Of a stretch of 64,000 nucleotides of DNA, positions 21,719-33,732 are shown piece after piece. A program made the translations under genes and the position numbers. Location of the stretch: the NCBI GenBank assembly GCA_964247055.1, contig OZ176052.1, positions 11,966,001-12,030,000 of the forward strand, read 5' to 3'. The notes under the pieces were generated by a model that was not told the origin of the DNA, did no database searches, and saw nothing but the letters and a program-made list of their open reading frames with translations. Every line of letters begins with the position of its first letter. The stretch's first letter is position 1. This DNA comes from Paragordius varius. Taxonomy: Eukaryota > Animalia > Nematomorpha.

Positions 21719-24700
21719 TTATAAGTTAGAGTTCAAAAAACTGATGGGTGTAAGGGCCTCCTTCAAAGTTTCCAAATTGTCGGTCCAGCTCTTTTGTCGC
21801 GAAAGCAGGAAAGATTGTTTCGTATTGGTGGCAGTGTCAAACAGGGTGTTGAGAAACGTTTCAGAGTGTGAGCGCCGATGTCCAAGGAAACTCGTTTCAT
21901 CTTTGGAGTTTAGGTCAAGGCTTTCACACAAACTCTCAAACAGGGAAGTTGGTGTACCAGCCCTAAGACATGCATCCAGGTCGAAAGAAACCCCAAACGA
22001 TAAAAGTTTATCCAAAAGTGAATGGGTGATGGGATCCTGATCGGCACTTGATTTAGTTACAATTTCTAATCCATCCGTTTCACTCTTTTCCAATTTTTCT
22101 TTGCTATCCATTATTTCGATGGGGATTAGAGGGTCTTTTGGTAATGGTGATATCTCAGTACACCTTTTATCATTTTGTTGTTCGAATGCAGTTATGACAT
22201 TATCATTATTATTGCTAAGGTCAAGACTGTCTACTAACGTTTTCCGTTGTCTGACTGATTGTTGGGAATGATAATCTTCCTCCATCGTTTCAGCTATCTT
22301 TTCCATGTTATTCAAGATGGGTTTTTTGCTTTTGTCCAGCTTGAATGGGAAAAACATGTTTGGTGTTCCATCACCCGTCCGTTGTTTTCGACTGTTTACG
22401 GCTTTAAGGGAAACCTTTTTCAAATCATAAGCCCAACCAATACATGCCATGGCATTGATAAAAAGTGTCGTAAAATTGAGCGTAACCCCAAACTCCGATG
22501 TGGAGTAATCGTGAGGAAATGTATGATGATAATTGTGAAAACCTTCACCGATTGCAAATATGGACACGGGGAAAGATTCTATACGTACAAATAACATGAG
22601 ATGATGGAGTAAAAATTTAAAAATTATATATAAGATAAAAAGTAAAAGATTAATAATTGATTATACAAGAACCCATATTTTTAACTTCTATTTTTACAAT
22701 ATTCTATCAGTTTGATTTGTTAAATTAAAAGATGTAAATTTGTAAGACCTTAATTTTATCTATCACAATTTTAAACATATAGGTTATATAGATATAATCA
22801 CGTATTAATAAATATGTAAAATATAAATTTTTTTTATTAAACTGCTGCGCTCTAAACAACGCTTGATAATTTGTTGAATTAAAATGCCAAGGCATAACAG
22901 TGTTGCATAAAAATATCATAGAAAACATAAAAATAAAAATATTTTTGTAAATTTCAGAAGCTAAATCGCATAAATATATTACCTATTATAAATAATTGAT
23001 ATGGACTAAACATAAATATTTAAATTTTTATGCATACTTTATCCATTTTTTCAAGACTACAGACCTCGTCATTTGTCATATTAAAACATCATGAAAAACA
23101 TTAGATGTTAACTAGTTTAGTAACTATATTTTACACATTTTTGAGAATCTACATAATTCAAACAATTTATAATGTGTTTATGTGTGTGACCCACATTATA
23201 ATAAAAATGTTTCATCATATGTGAGGACAATATAACAATTCGAATTTCGGATTATGATTAATTTACCGTACATTGTTTGTCAGGTTTAGGATAAAAACTC
23301 AAATTTATTTTCATAATTATAATTTAAAAAAGAAAGGATTCAATTTCGACCTTAAATCTGCCAGTTTTATCAAACTGGCATTGAAAGATAGTTAAATTGT
23401 ATGGGGCAAAATGTAAGAATCATTTATTAAATAAGATAAATGTAAAAAATATTTCATTTAAGGCATCAGAAAATATGCGCATAAAGTGATATCTGATATT
23501 TTGATTAATTACACACTTCTTATTATATCACTATAACGATACTGCATAAATTACATTTATAACAGTCAAAGAGTAAAAAAACAAAAAAACAATTTATTTT
23601 GTCTGAAGAATAGATCTATTAAGAAGCATTTTAAAATTTGTTCTTTATTTAACATACTTCAAATTATGCATTAAATCTATGCACATTAGGTAGATATTTA
23701 AAAAGTGCACGCATTAAGCTATTATAAAGCAAAAACAGTTAATTCTAATTAATAGATTGTCAAAAAGAAATGCAAAAAAAGGTATATATTGGCATTTAGC
23801 CTTAACAAGAAGTTGGGATGGATAATGTTGTCTTTTTTACATGTGACGTTATTAAAATAATGATACGCATATAATGTCAAGAAAATAACTACTATAACTA
23901 AAACGGATTTCCTTAATCCTGTTTTTAAATATAAAGTTACCTGCAGGGTTTATGCGATAATCATAAGGTTTGTTTCCAAATAAGTGAGCAAGTGAATTGA
24001 CTAGCCAAGTTGCATGTAGTACAAGCACATACCTCAAAATGACCGGGACAAAAAAGGCTTTTGAAAGTGACTCTCCCCAAAACAACATTGGAATGATCAT
24101 TGGTAATATTAGGCCAATAAGTAAAACAAGGGGTAAGTAAAACCTTATATAGTTAGAAATAATAAAGTTACTTTTTCTGAAATTTTAAAACTGGATTATT
24201 TTCTAAATCCTTTATAGATATATTTTTGCCTTTGCTTTTCACTTCATTGTGTTTCCTAACAAGTAACCAGCCCATATGTGCAAAGAAAAAGCCACGTTTA
24301 GCGTTATGTGGATCTGCATGAGTTTCAGAATATTTATGATGCACGCGGTGATCTCGACACCATTCTATTGCACTATTCTAAAAAATATATGACAAAAATA
24401 CCTGTCCAGCGGCAGTATTAAATATCATGAGAAGAATTTGTAAAGGTGTTTTAGCTTGATACGATCGATGACTCCATAAGCGATGCGCTCCAGCAGTTAT
24501 ACCCAACCCGGTTATAGCATACATAAATAAAACTTAAAAATTATAAATAAAAATTTACAGAACAATAAGGTGGCCCATCCTGTGTGAAACAAGAGATATA
24601 ATCCGTACAAAGCCATGCAATGTAATACAATGTACCAATAAACATTAAACCAAACGATATAAAATTTGTTTGGAGCGCTTGCGGAATCAACGTAGCTTTC

Positions 24701-24748
24701 ATCGAAAGCGCAAATATCCTTTTCGTATTGATCAGTTTCGACGCTCAT
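21719..24748 (-). CDS. SCD: Delta-9 acyl-CoA (stearoyl-CoA) desaturase, 529 aa, 5 exons (24748-24559, 24532-24402, 24377-24172, 24143-23941, 22578-21719)
   Basis: Exons sum to 1590 nt. Three His boxes HRLWSH, HRVHH, HNYHH; also [37 protein letters not shown]; then a 214-aa extension. Confidence 0.93.
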
Positions 24749-25517
24749 AATAATAAAACGTGAGATTATCACGTGATTCAAATAAATGCGTGGGTACACA
24801 TGATGAAATTAAAATAAACCTAAAAAAATTTAATTTCCATTTTACAAATTTCTAAAACCCTACAGAAATACAAGACAAAGTCGATTAAATACATACAAAA
24901 ATATATGTTAGGTATTATAACCACAGAAAGCTTTCAGTCACCAAAATATAAAAAAACTTTCCACCAAAAGATGTTACATAGTTTAGATATACTGAAGTGA
25001 AAATGCCCTTTAAATCTTTATTTAATATAATTTATATTAAAATTTATGCAGTTATTGCACCAAAACAAAAGATTAATTAAAATAACCTATATAAGAAATA
25101 GCACAAAAAATATATTTATTAAGTATATACTTTTCAGTCCAAAAAATCAATGAATAGAAACAAATTGCAAATGAGGTGAAATATTTTCTAAATACACCAT
25201 AATCAATAAAATTATTTTCACAATCCATAAAAGTGGTTTTATTCTTGATGATAATTATCAAACAAATAATAAAAATAATTTTTAACCATTATAAACATAT
25301 CAATAGGCTATTATTTTTATTAAAAACATAATTATTGAATAATTTTTTCTAAATTCAAAAGTAAATATCTTGATAAAATTTATATAAATATATATATATA
25401 TTTATTATATATATTTATGTATTCAGAAAGGATAATTCAGGATTAAGGGTACTTTTGATTTCGGCCCTAACAAGTGATTTAAAAAATTATTTATACTTTG
25501 GTTTTAAGTGCTACTCA

Positions 25518-25913
25518 CAGTGGCGTACCGAGCATTTGCGGCGCCCGGGCATAAAACTTTAATGGCGCCCCTCCCTCCTTTTTTTAAAAGCCAATAAAAC
25601 AATTTAGTAAAAAAAATACAAACGTTGTAACCTAAACACTATAGATAAGACAGCACAGTCATATAAATTTTAAATCTATTATATATATATATATATATAT
25701 TTATATGATACATTTATTCAATGGTACTAATTAGGTGAATAATAGAATATATATTATAGGGATTATTACCTAAATTGCTGAAAAATCTCATTTGAAAGTT
25801 CTTATTATTTTTGCATAATTAAAATTTAATTACAAAAAATCATTTAGGCGCCCCTAAATAACGGCGCCCGGGGCATGATGCACCCCCTTGCCCCCCCCCT
25901 CGGTACGCCCCTG
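25518..25913. mobile_element. hAT-type MITE
   Basis: TIR CAG(T/G)GGCGTACCGAG, GC-rich subterminal GGCGCCC motifs, degenerate 8-bp TSD GCTACTCA/GCTCCACA. Confidence 0.75.
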
Positions 25914-26040
25914 GCTCCACATCGAAAAATGGTTATATTTGGGATTTTTTGAATTTTCTTTTTCAAAGCTAAATGATTCATTCCAAAAAATATATTAATT
26001 ATAAACTACCTATGGCTCCTTCTAAAATGGGCTAGTTTTT

Positions 26041-27629
26041 TTAATACTTGGATACAACAAATTCATTTCAGTCCTTCGATTTATATTGGGGTAGTTGAAT
26101 ACGCCAATCCTGTTCAAAAATAAATATTCCAAAAAATATGTTAAGAATTAAAACCATGCCAAAAGTTTGCACTATACTTGAATATAAAAAAAATTCATAA
26201 ATACTTGATACTTATTTTAACACTGATTCAAATTAGGGTAGCAAAATATCTTTGATTAAATTTAAATTTATATTTTTGAAAAACTATTATAGGAAATGAC
26301 CCCAAATATCTTAATAAAATTTGGTTTGAAAAAAATTCCAGTTAAACTACTTCGACGCCATTTACATTTTCAAATTTTCGCAAAATATCGTTTTCATTTA
26401 ATTTTAAAGGTAAAATTAAAGCTAAAATTTATTTAGATTATATTTAACGTTGATAGAAATGGAAAAAGTGGTTTATTTTGTATTATTTTTCAGTTTAGCC
26501 AATGCGCACATGTTAAGTTGACTAAATTTTTACCTATGGGTTTTACATTAAAATAAGTAATACCAAATATTTTTGAATAATTTTTTTATATATTTCCATT
26601 TATTAATGTTATATAAGTGCAAAATCTTGCCATGGTTTTGATTCCTTCCATATTTTTTAAAAAATTTAATTAATAGGCCTGGGGTATTTAACTACCCCAA
26701 TTCGAATCGAAGGACCAAAATGAATGAGTTGTATCCATGTGTTAATATTTCGGTTTATTGATGTTATATAAGTGTAAAAATTTGCCAGGTTTCGATTCCA
26801 TTTTTTAGAGTATTTTATTTTAAACAAACCTGGGGTTTACACCAGCCCCAATTTGAATCAAACTGAAATGATTGTGTTGTATCCATAAGGCAAAACCCAA
26901 ATGTAGAAATTTAGTCAACCTGACATGTGTGCATTAGCTACATATAAATATAATACAACATAACCACTTTTTATCTTTCTATCAATGTTAGAAATAATTA
27001 GTTTTAACTTTAGCTTTAAAATTAAATAAACGCGACATTTTGCAAAAATGTTGTAAAATAAAATGACGCCTAAGTAATTTGATATGGAACTTTTGCTTCA
27101 AAACTAAATTTACTGAAATGTTTCGGCCTATTTATATAATTTTTATGAGGATAGAAGCATAAATTTAAATTGGGATAGTTTCTTTCAGTAGTTTTTTTAA
27201 TATCAAATTGAATATTGCCGGGGATATTTAATACGGCAATATCGAAGTGTTATGGTAATACTCTAAGGTACTAATTTAGTAAATTTGACATGTTTGCATT
27301 AGCTAAATGTAAAAGTAATACAAAAACCACTTTTTCTGTTTATATCAACGTTAGATATGATTTAAATAAAAGATTAGCTTTAATTTTAGCTTTAAAATTT
27401 AAGTAAACACGATATTTTGCAAAAATATGGAAAAATAAATATGGCGTCGAAGTAGTTTGATATGGAACATTTTTTCAAAACTAAATTTTATTCAATAATT
27501 TCGGCCTATTTATATAATTTTTAAAAGCTAAAATATAAATTTAGACCGTTTATTTCAGTAGTTTTTAAAATTATTAACTTAAATATAGTCTGTGGTATTT
27601 AAATATCCCTATTTAAACTGAAGTGTTAA
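26041..27629. mobile_element. Cluster of piggyBac-type MITE copies (partial inverted from 26041, full 26217-26745, degenerate pieces, inverted copy ending 27629)
   Basis: Same diagnostic termini (TTAACACT.., ..GTATCCA(A/T)GTGTTAA) and internal motifs (ACTACTTCGACGCCATTT) as copy 1. Confidence 0.75.
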
Positions 27630-27649
27630 AATAAACGCATTAATGTGGG

Positions 27650-28910
27650 GATTGCTCGATAATTTTATATATTAGCCAAATTTTGATATCAACTAAAATA
27701 AATTTTTAATAAATGCATAATTCTTCCAAAAATTTGTGACTTTCGGAACTTACATCTAAGAATTGATTTTTTTAAAATATATGCATTTTACAGGTAGTTT
27801 ATGATATATTTTAGTGATGTTCTTCGAATGACGCATTTAGCATCCACCAAAAAACATGCAGAAATTTTGCCATTTTCTGAGATGGCACCCTACCAAAAAT
27901 AAATATATAACTTTCTTCAATCACTTCTAAGGACGAAAACCAAAAGCAACATGATCTTGAAACATTCCTCTCAGCATTTATAATTTCATCAGGTTATTTT
28001 TTATACCCCCTTTAGACGTATATGTGGACTCCGAAAGTTCCAAATTACGCTCTTCTCAAATGGGCTAATTTTCTTAAAATTAACACAAAAATGCCGAATT
28101 GCGCGATAAAGTTTAATATAGACTAAATTTTGATATAAACTAAAATAATTTTTAAGAAAATACAAAATTTATCCAACTTTTGTTAGAGTCTACCTCACAC
28201 TATTTTGAGGCATGACTCAAACGTTATAAAAACGTTTTAAGTCATTATGGGTGAAAACATTCTACATGATTCGATGATACAAACATTTCCATCACCTCAG
28301 AATTTTGATTAAAATATGTGTTCTTCAAATGTATGTTATGATTTGTACTTTTTTACAAAAATCATCAAAATTTGAAAGCAGAAGAATATTTAATAAAATT
28401 TTGAAGCGATAGAAATCAGCATTATCAATTTATATAGAATAGGTGTTTAATATTTTAAAGCAAAAAGTCCATGATTCAAAATAGTATGAAGTACGCTTCA
28501 ACCAAATTTTGCAAAACATATTTTTGAAAAGTGTATGCATTTTTAAAACATATTTTTAGTTGATACCATGATTTAGCTTATATTAAACCTTTTTATCGCA
28601 AATAAAACTAGCTTCTTTTAGAAGAGCGAAAAAAATTGCGACCAAGTCACAACTAAAACCAATTTATTAAAATATTATTTTTTATATGTAATTTATGATA
28701 TATTTTAGTGATCTTTTTTGTAATGAAACATCTAGCGTTCACCAAAAATTTTTTATAAAAAATGTGCCCGAATTTCATTTTTTAATATGGAGCATTTACC
28801 ACAAAAGTAAGAGTCAAAGCCAAAAGCACCTGATAATTCATCCATTTTCCTATCAGAATCTATATATTTCATCAAGAAATTTTATACCCCCATCCCCCCG
28901 ATTTTGTAAT
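27650..28910. repeat. Two tandem copies of an unclassified dispersed repeat; relatives at ~10900-11050, ~32700-33250, ~46900-47450
   Basis: Shared motifs TTATGATATATTTTAGTGAT, AAGTACGCTTCAA, CCAAAAGCA, TTTTCCTATCAGAAT recur in the same order. Boundaries approximate. Confidence 0.55.
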
Positions 28911-28913
28911 TAA

Positions 28914-29497
28914 CTTATTCTTAGGTTATATTAAATAAACTTGATGAGTATTTTATATCTGAGATATTTTGATAAGAAATATTTTTAATATTTCTTCTAT
29001 TTTGACAATTGAGATCGAAGGTATTAATATTCGGAGCTAATATAAATATATATCTAGTTTCGGATGAAATAATATATATTATTTTCAACTCAAGATCGTC
29101 ATTTAACACTTAAAATCTTAAACTAAAACTTACGTACCATAATTTATATGTAATTATCATATAGAATATTTTATTTAATAATTTTTTGAAAAAAAAATTT
29201 CATCTAAAAAATATTTTTTGTTTTGAATTTTTTCCGACAGTATTTATCGATAAACTTGAAATGTTTAATAACCCATTTGAAGTGTTAAATGGCGAACTTG
29301 AAATAAAATGATTTTTTTAAATTTTATTATTTCATCCGAGACTGGAAATAGTTTTAGGTTTGCCCCGAATATTAATGCGAATCATCGATCTCGATTGTTA
29401 ACATAAAAAAATTATGAATTTCTTAAATTTTTTTTTATGATAATATCTCAAACATAAATACTTATCCAGTTTATAAAATATAATCTTGAAGAATAAG
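28914..29497. mobile_element. Foldback-like MITE with ~190-200 bp imperfect inverted arms
   Basis: 28914-29112 and ~29276-29497 are degenerate reverse complements (e.g. CATTTAACACTTAAA / TTTGAAGTGTTAAATG; TTCGGATGAAATAAT / ATTATTTCATCCGAG). Confidence 0.6.
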
Positions 29498-29756
29498 TCT
29501 ATAATGATTGTGTATTATTGGCATATATTAATTTGTATTTCATATAGAAAGTAATATACTATTCATATGCTGATAATGGTTATAAGTTATTTTTTTATCT
29601 TGTTTTAATATTTATCAAACCGTTTTTATTGATTAAGAAAATGTGAATGACTGAGAATCGTTTTGATTGACTGGGTAAAAGTGACAAAAATCTTTGATGA
29701 AATAAATAAAATAGGAAATTCATTATAATTATTATCGGGCTTTTGGTTTTGGGCCT

Positions 29757-32372
29757 TGTTAAGTTAGATCTTACTGTCGTAGACACAAACGCACCTATAT
29801 AATTGTAAACAATTATAACTCTTTGTGATACACCTAGTTAATGTTAATTGTAGCTTCAAGCAAATTAGCTAGTATATAATTGCTGTATTATAATATCACA
29901 CATACATGTTTTGATTTCTGATATTTAAAAAATTTCTGTTTAATATATCTTTACTTCTATTATTCTGGGTTATATAACTTTACTTCCATTATTGGCGTAG
30001 TAATGAACCTGGCAAAAATTTCTCTGGAAAGTTTTGATGAAAAGGAAAATTTTGACCGATACGTTTCGTACATTCAGCGAATGTTAGCTGCAAAAAACAT
30101 GACGGCAAACGATAACAATTGCAAGACGTTATTCCTCGCCTAAGCAGGAATGTCGGTCACAAAGAAATTCGAACAATTCCTGTTCCCAAATTCACTGGAT
30201 AATACCTCCTGGCCGGACATCATTGAAGCCGGCAGGAAAATCTACGAATCGAATAGGACAAACATATTCCAGGCCAGATTCAATTTCGTAAAACTCCGTC
30301 GGAAAGAAAATGAAACATTTACGGAATTTCTGTTACGAGTCAAAACCGAAGCCGCAAAATGCAATTTCAAGCTCGACATCGATGAAAAAATGCGCGACGT
30401 GTTCATTGCAGGCCTGGGAGTGGAAAAATTATAACTAGATTTATTCACTAGATTCCCCGATGCATGTGGGGAAACGAAGCTGTAACGCTCAAACAAGTGG
30501 TAAACATTGCTCTTAACTATGAAAAAGCACATCAACTAACAACAATAGATGGCCAGATATTGCAGACTACAGTTGGGAAATACCAAAACATGTGTCGATT
30601 CTGCGGGTTAAGTCATGCACCCGGCAGATGCCCAGCTTGGGGCAAACAATGTTATAAGTGCCAAGGCTGGAATCACTTCCAACCGTGCTGTAAGAAGAAA
30701 AGGATTAGCAACGTTCAGCATGTCGAATCTGGAGCCACCCCCAAGATAGCAATAATAATAAATGGCAAACCAATACACATGATTATAGACACAGGTTCAA
30801 GCGTATCTATAATCGATTGTCAAGCGTGGGAAAAAATTGGGAAGCCCGAGTTGCAACAAACAGGCCCAGATTTGTATAGCTATGGTGGACAAAGAATCAA
30901 TTCCAAGGGTAGTTGTATGGTCACGGTACAATGCGATGGTGAAACAAAATCTCTGGCGTGTATGGTTGTAAGCGGCAAGAAGGCCCCAGCAATTCTTGGT
31001 TGGGATTGGCTACAAGAATTCCCGAATCTCAAAAAACAAATATCTTACAATTATTACACGTCGGACACCCCGGATTCAAAGCAATGTACGAACAACCAAA
31101 AAAAATAGTCTTTTGGCACAATATGGAAAGCGACATAAAAAAGTGGGTAGATACGTGTAAAAAGTGTCAAGAAAACCGTCCGAGGCGAAAACTTAATCCC
31201 ACATACAATTGGAACACGAATACAGCAATATGGGAGAGATTACATCTAGATATAGCAGGCCCGATAGACAATTATTATTGGATATCTTATTGACAGTTAT
31301 TCTCGATGGGTCGAAGTTAAACTATCGAAAATGATATCGACCAAAAATATATTAAATTTCCTAGACGAATGTTTCAGTCGATATGGATCTCCAATAATGA
31401 TAGTAACCGACAACGCGTCTTACTTTACATCTGAGGATTTTAAAAAAGTCACGGAAACGGGAAACATTAAACATGTAACATCAGTTCCCTATCATCCAAA
31501 AACTAACGGAATGGTGGAACGAGTAATATATACCCTAAAAACACATTATCGGTCAGCAGAAGACGATGACCCACATTCCAAAATAAATAACACGCTTTGG
31601 GGATACCGCACTAACATACACAGTGCTACAAATACATGTCCCGCTCAACTTTTCCAAAAACGTACCTACCCTATCCAATCACATGGCTACAATATAAACA
31701 AACAGACTTCTTAGACGATGTACAACCTAATCATGAATACCATGAAAACGAAAAAGTATACATAAAAAATGAACTATCGAATGGTTGGCGAGAAGGAATT
31801 GTAAATAAACGACTCGGATTACTCTCATATGAAATACAAGATGATAACAAAATCATCCGAAAACACGCAGACCAACTGAGACCAAGGGAAGGAGGCGAAA
31901 GAATAATGGGTAAGACAATTTCATCCGAAGAAACTCCACCATCGCATGACCTATATGTTAGGTCCCCTACTGCCACGTCCGAAGACCCGACCTTACCTCC
32001 GCCACCCTCGGAACCCATCATTGAGTTGCCATCCCAACAAACACCCACTATAGCACCTACCACTGACGCTCATACAGAACGGCGATACCCTACACGAATC
32101 CGACAACCACCACATAGATATCAAGGACAGGGAAAGAGTGTTAAGTTAGATCCTACTGTCGCAGACACAGACGCACCTATATAATTGTAAAAATTATAAC
32201 TCTTTATGATACACCTAGTCAATGTTAATTGTAGCTTCAAGCAAAATAGCTAGTATATAATTGCTGTATTATAATATCACACACACATGTTTTGATTTCT
32301 GATATTTAATAAATTTCTGTTTAATATATCTTTATTTCTATTATTCTGGGTTATAAAGCTTTACTTCCATTA
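29757..32372 (+). mobile_element. Gypsy-type LTR retrotransposon, internally deleted (gag, protease, integrase; no RT/RNase H), pseudogenised
   Basis: LTRs 29757-29991 and 32139-32372 (about 12 differences in 235 bp); 5-bp TSD GGCCT; PBS TGGCGTAGT (29993-30001, tRNA-Ser-like); PPT GGGAAAGAG. Gag Cys cluster CRFCGLSH...CYKC...HF..CC; protease IDTGS; integrase HVGHPG..C..C, DIAGP, TDNAS, YHPKTNGMVER. Confidence 0.92.
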
Positions 32373-33732
32373 GGCCTTATTTCCACTTTTATGGTAGTTG
32401 GTCCGAAAATGGCATTTGCGCACATTTTCTCTAATAAATTTTTATGGTGAAAGCAAAGAGTTTCATCTCAAGCATGAAAAATATAAACTACATTAAAAAA
32501 CAATGGTATGCTCCGTAACTCAACTTTTTGGACAATGGGAAATCTCTTTTAAAACTTCCATTATTGGGGTAACTAATGACGTTAAACCATAAATTAATTG
32601 ACATTATTGAAAAAATTACCGAAAGTGGCGGTTTCATTTTAAATTTATGCAGCAATCCTAAAAAATTATGTAAAAAAGCCAAAAACTCTATATAAATTTT
32701 CCTAAAAGGTTCTATATTAAACTACTTGGCGTTATTTTTAGCAACATCTTTGCAAAATATCGTGTTATTTTATTCTAACGTTGTAAAGTTTAAATTAAAA
32801 TCAATTACGTTTAGATAATTTATATGGAAAAGGTGTTTTTACAATATCTTAAAGCGTTTTTATGATGTTTCCGCCTCAAAGTATTATAAAGTACGCTTCA
32901 AAATTTCGCTATAAATACGATTTTAAAATAATGGAATTTTTAAACATTTTATTCAAAATTAAGCATTAAAATTTATATCGCATTTTTAAAAGAACTAGCC
33001 CCTTTTATACGAGTGAAAAAATTCGGACTTTTGCAATTTTTAAAAATTGAACCTTTTATAAATATTATTTTTCTTTTTTGTACATAAGATATTTTTAGTG
33101 ATTTTTCAGAATAAAGCCTGTAGCTTTCACCAGATAAATTTATTTATGAAAATGTCAACAAATTAAAATTTCTAATGTTATCACTAAACTGGCCAAAATG
33201 ACTATAATAATCCTGATACATTTTCTTATCAGGTTATTATTTAATACCTCCCGATTTCGGACTCAATGTAAAAATGAAAAACTGTTTAAATAGAAATGTT
33301 GATGTCAGCTAACTTAGGAGGATCTATTTTTACGACTTTATGGAGACTAATATACTTAATTTTTGGTAATACAATAATATTAATACTTGATATGTAAAAC
33401 ATTTATTAATATTTAATAATATTTTTATTTTCGAATAGACAAAAAACGCTACGAGCATCTTTTAAGGTTTGAGAAATGGATGGTTGAATTGAGCAAATAG
33501 CAATCTCATCATATTTGACCAGAATATTATGTACAATAAAAAGCCCCTTACATATAAATATTTATCATTAATTCTATTTATCCAAATGACGTTTAATTGA
33601 TATGCCTATTGCATCATGTCTACGTTTAGTATTAACAATCAATGACATACTAATAATTATTCAGTAATGTATATTTTTGCAATTAATATTTTCAAATTAC
33701 AATAAATAGTAGAAGGATCTAATTGATCATTA

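Noticed and set aside
21603-22594. Plus-strand ORFs 21603-22040 and 22259-22594
   Set aside because: Antisense to the SCD last exon; no independent evidence.
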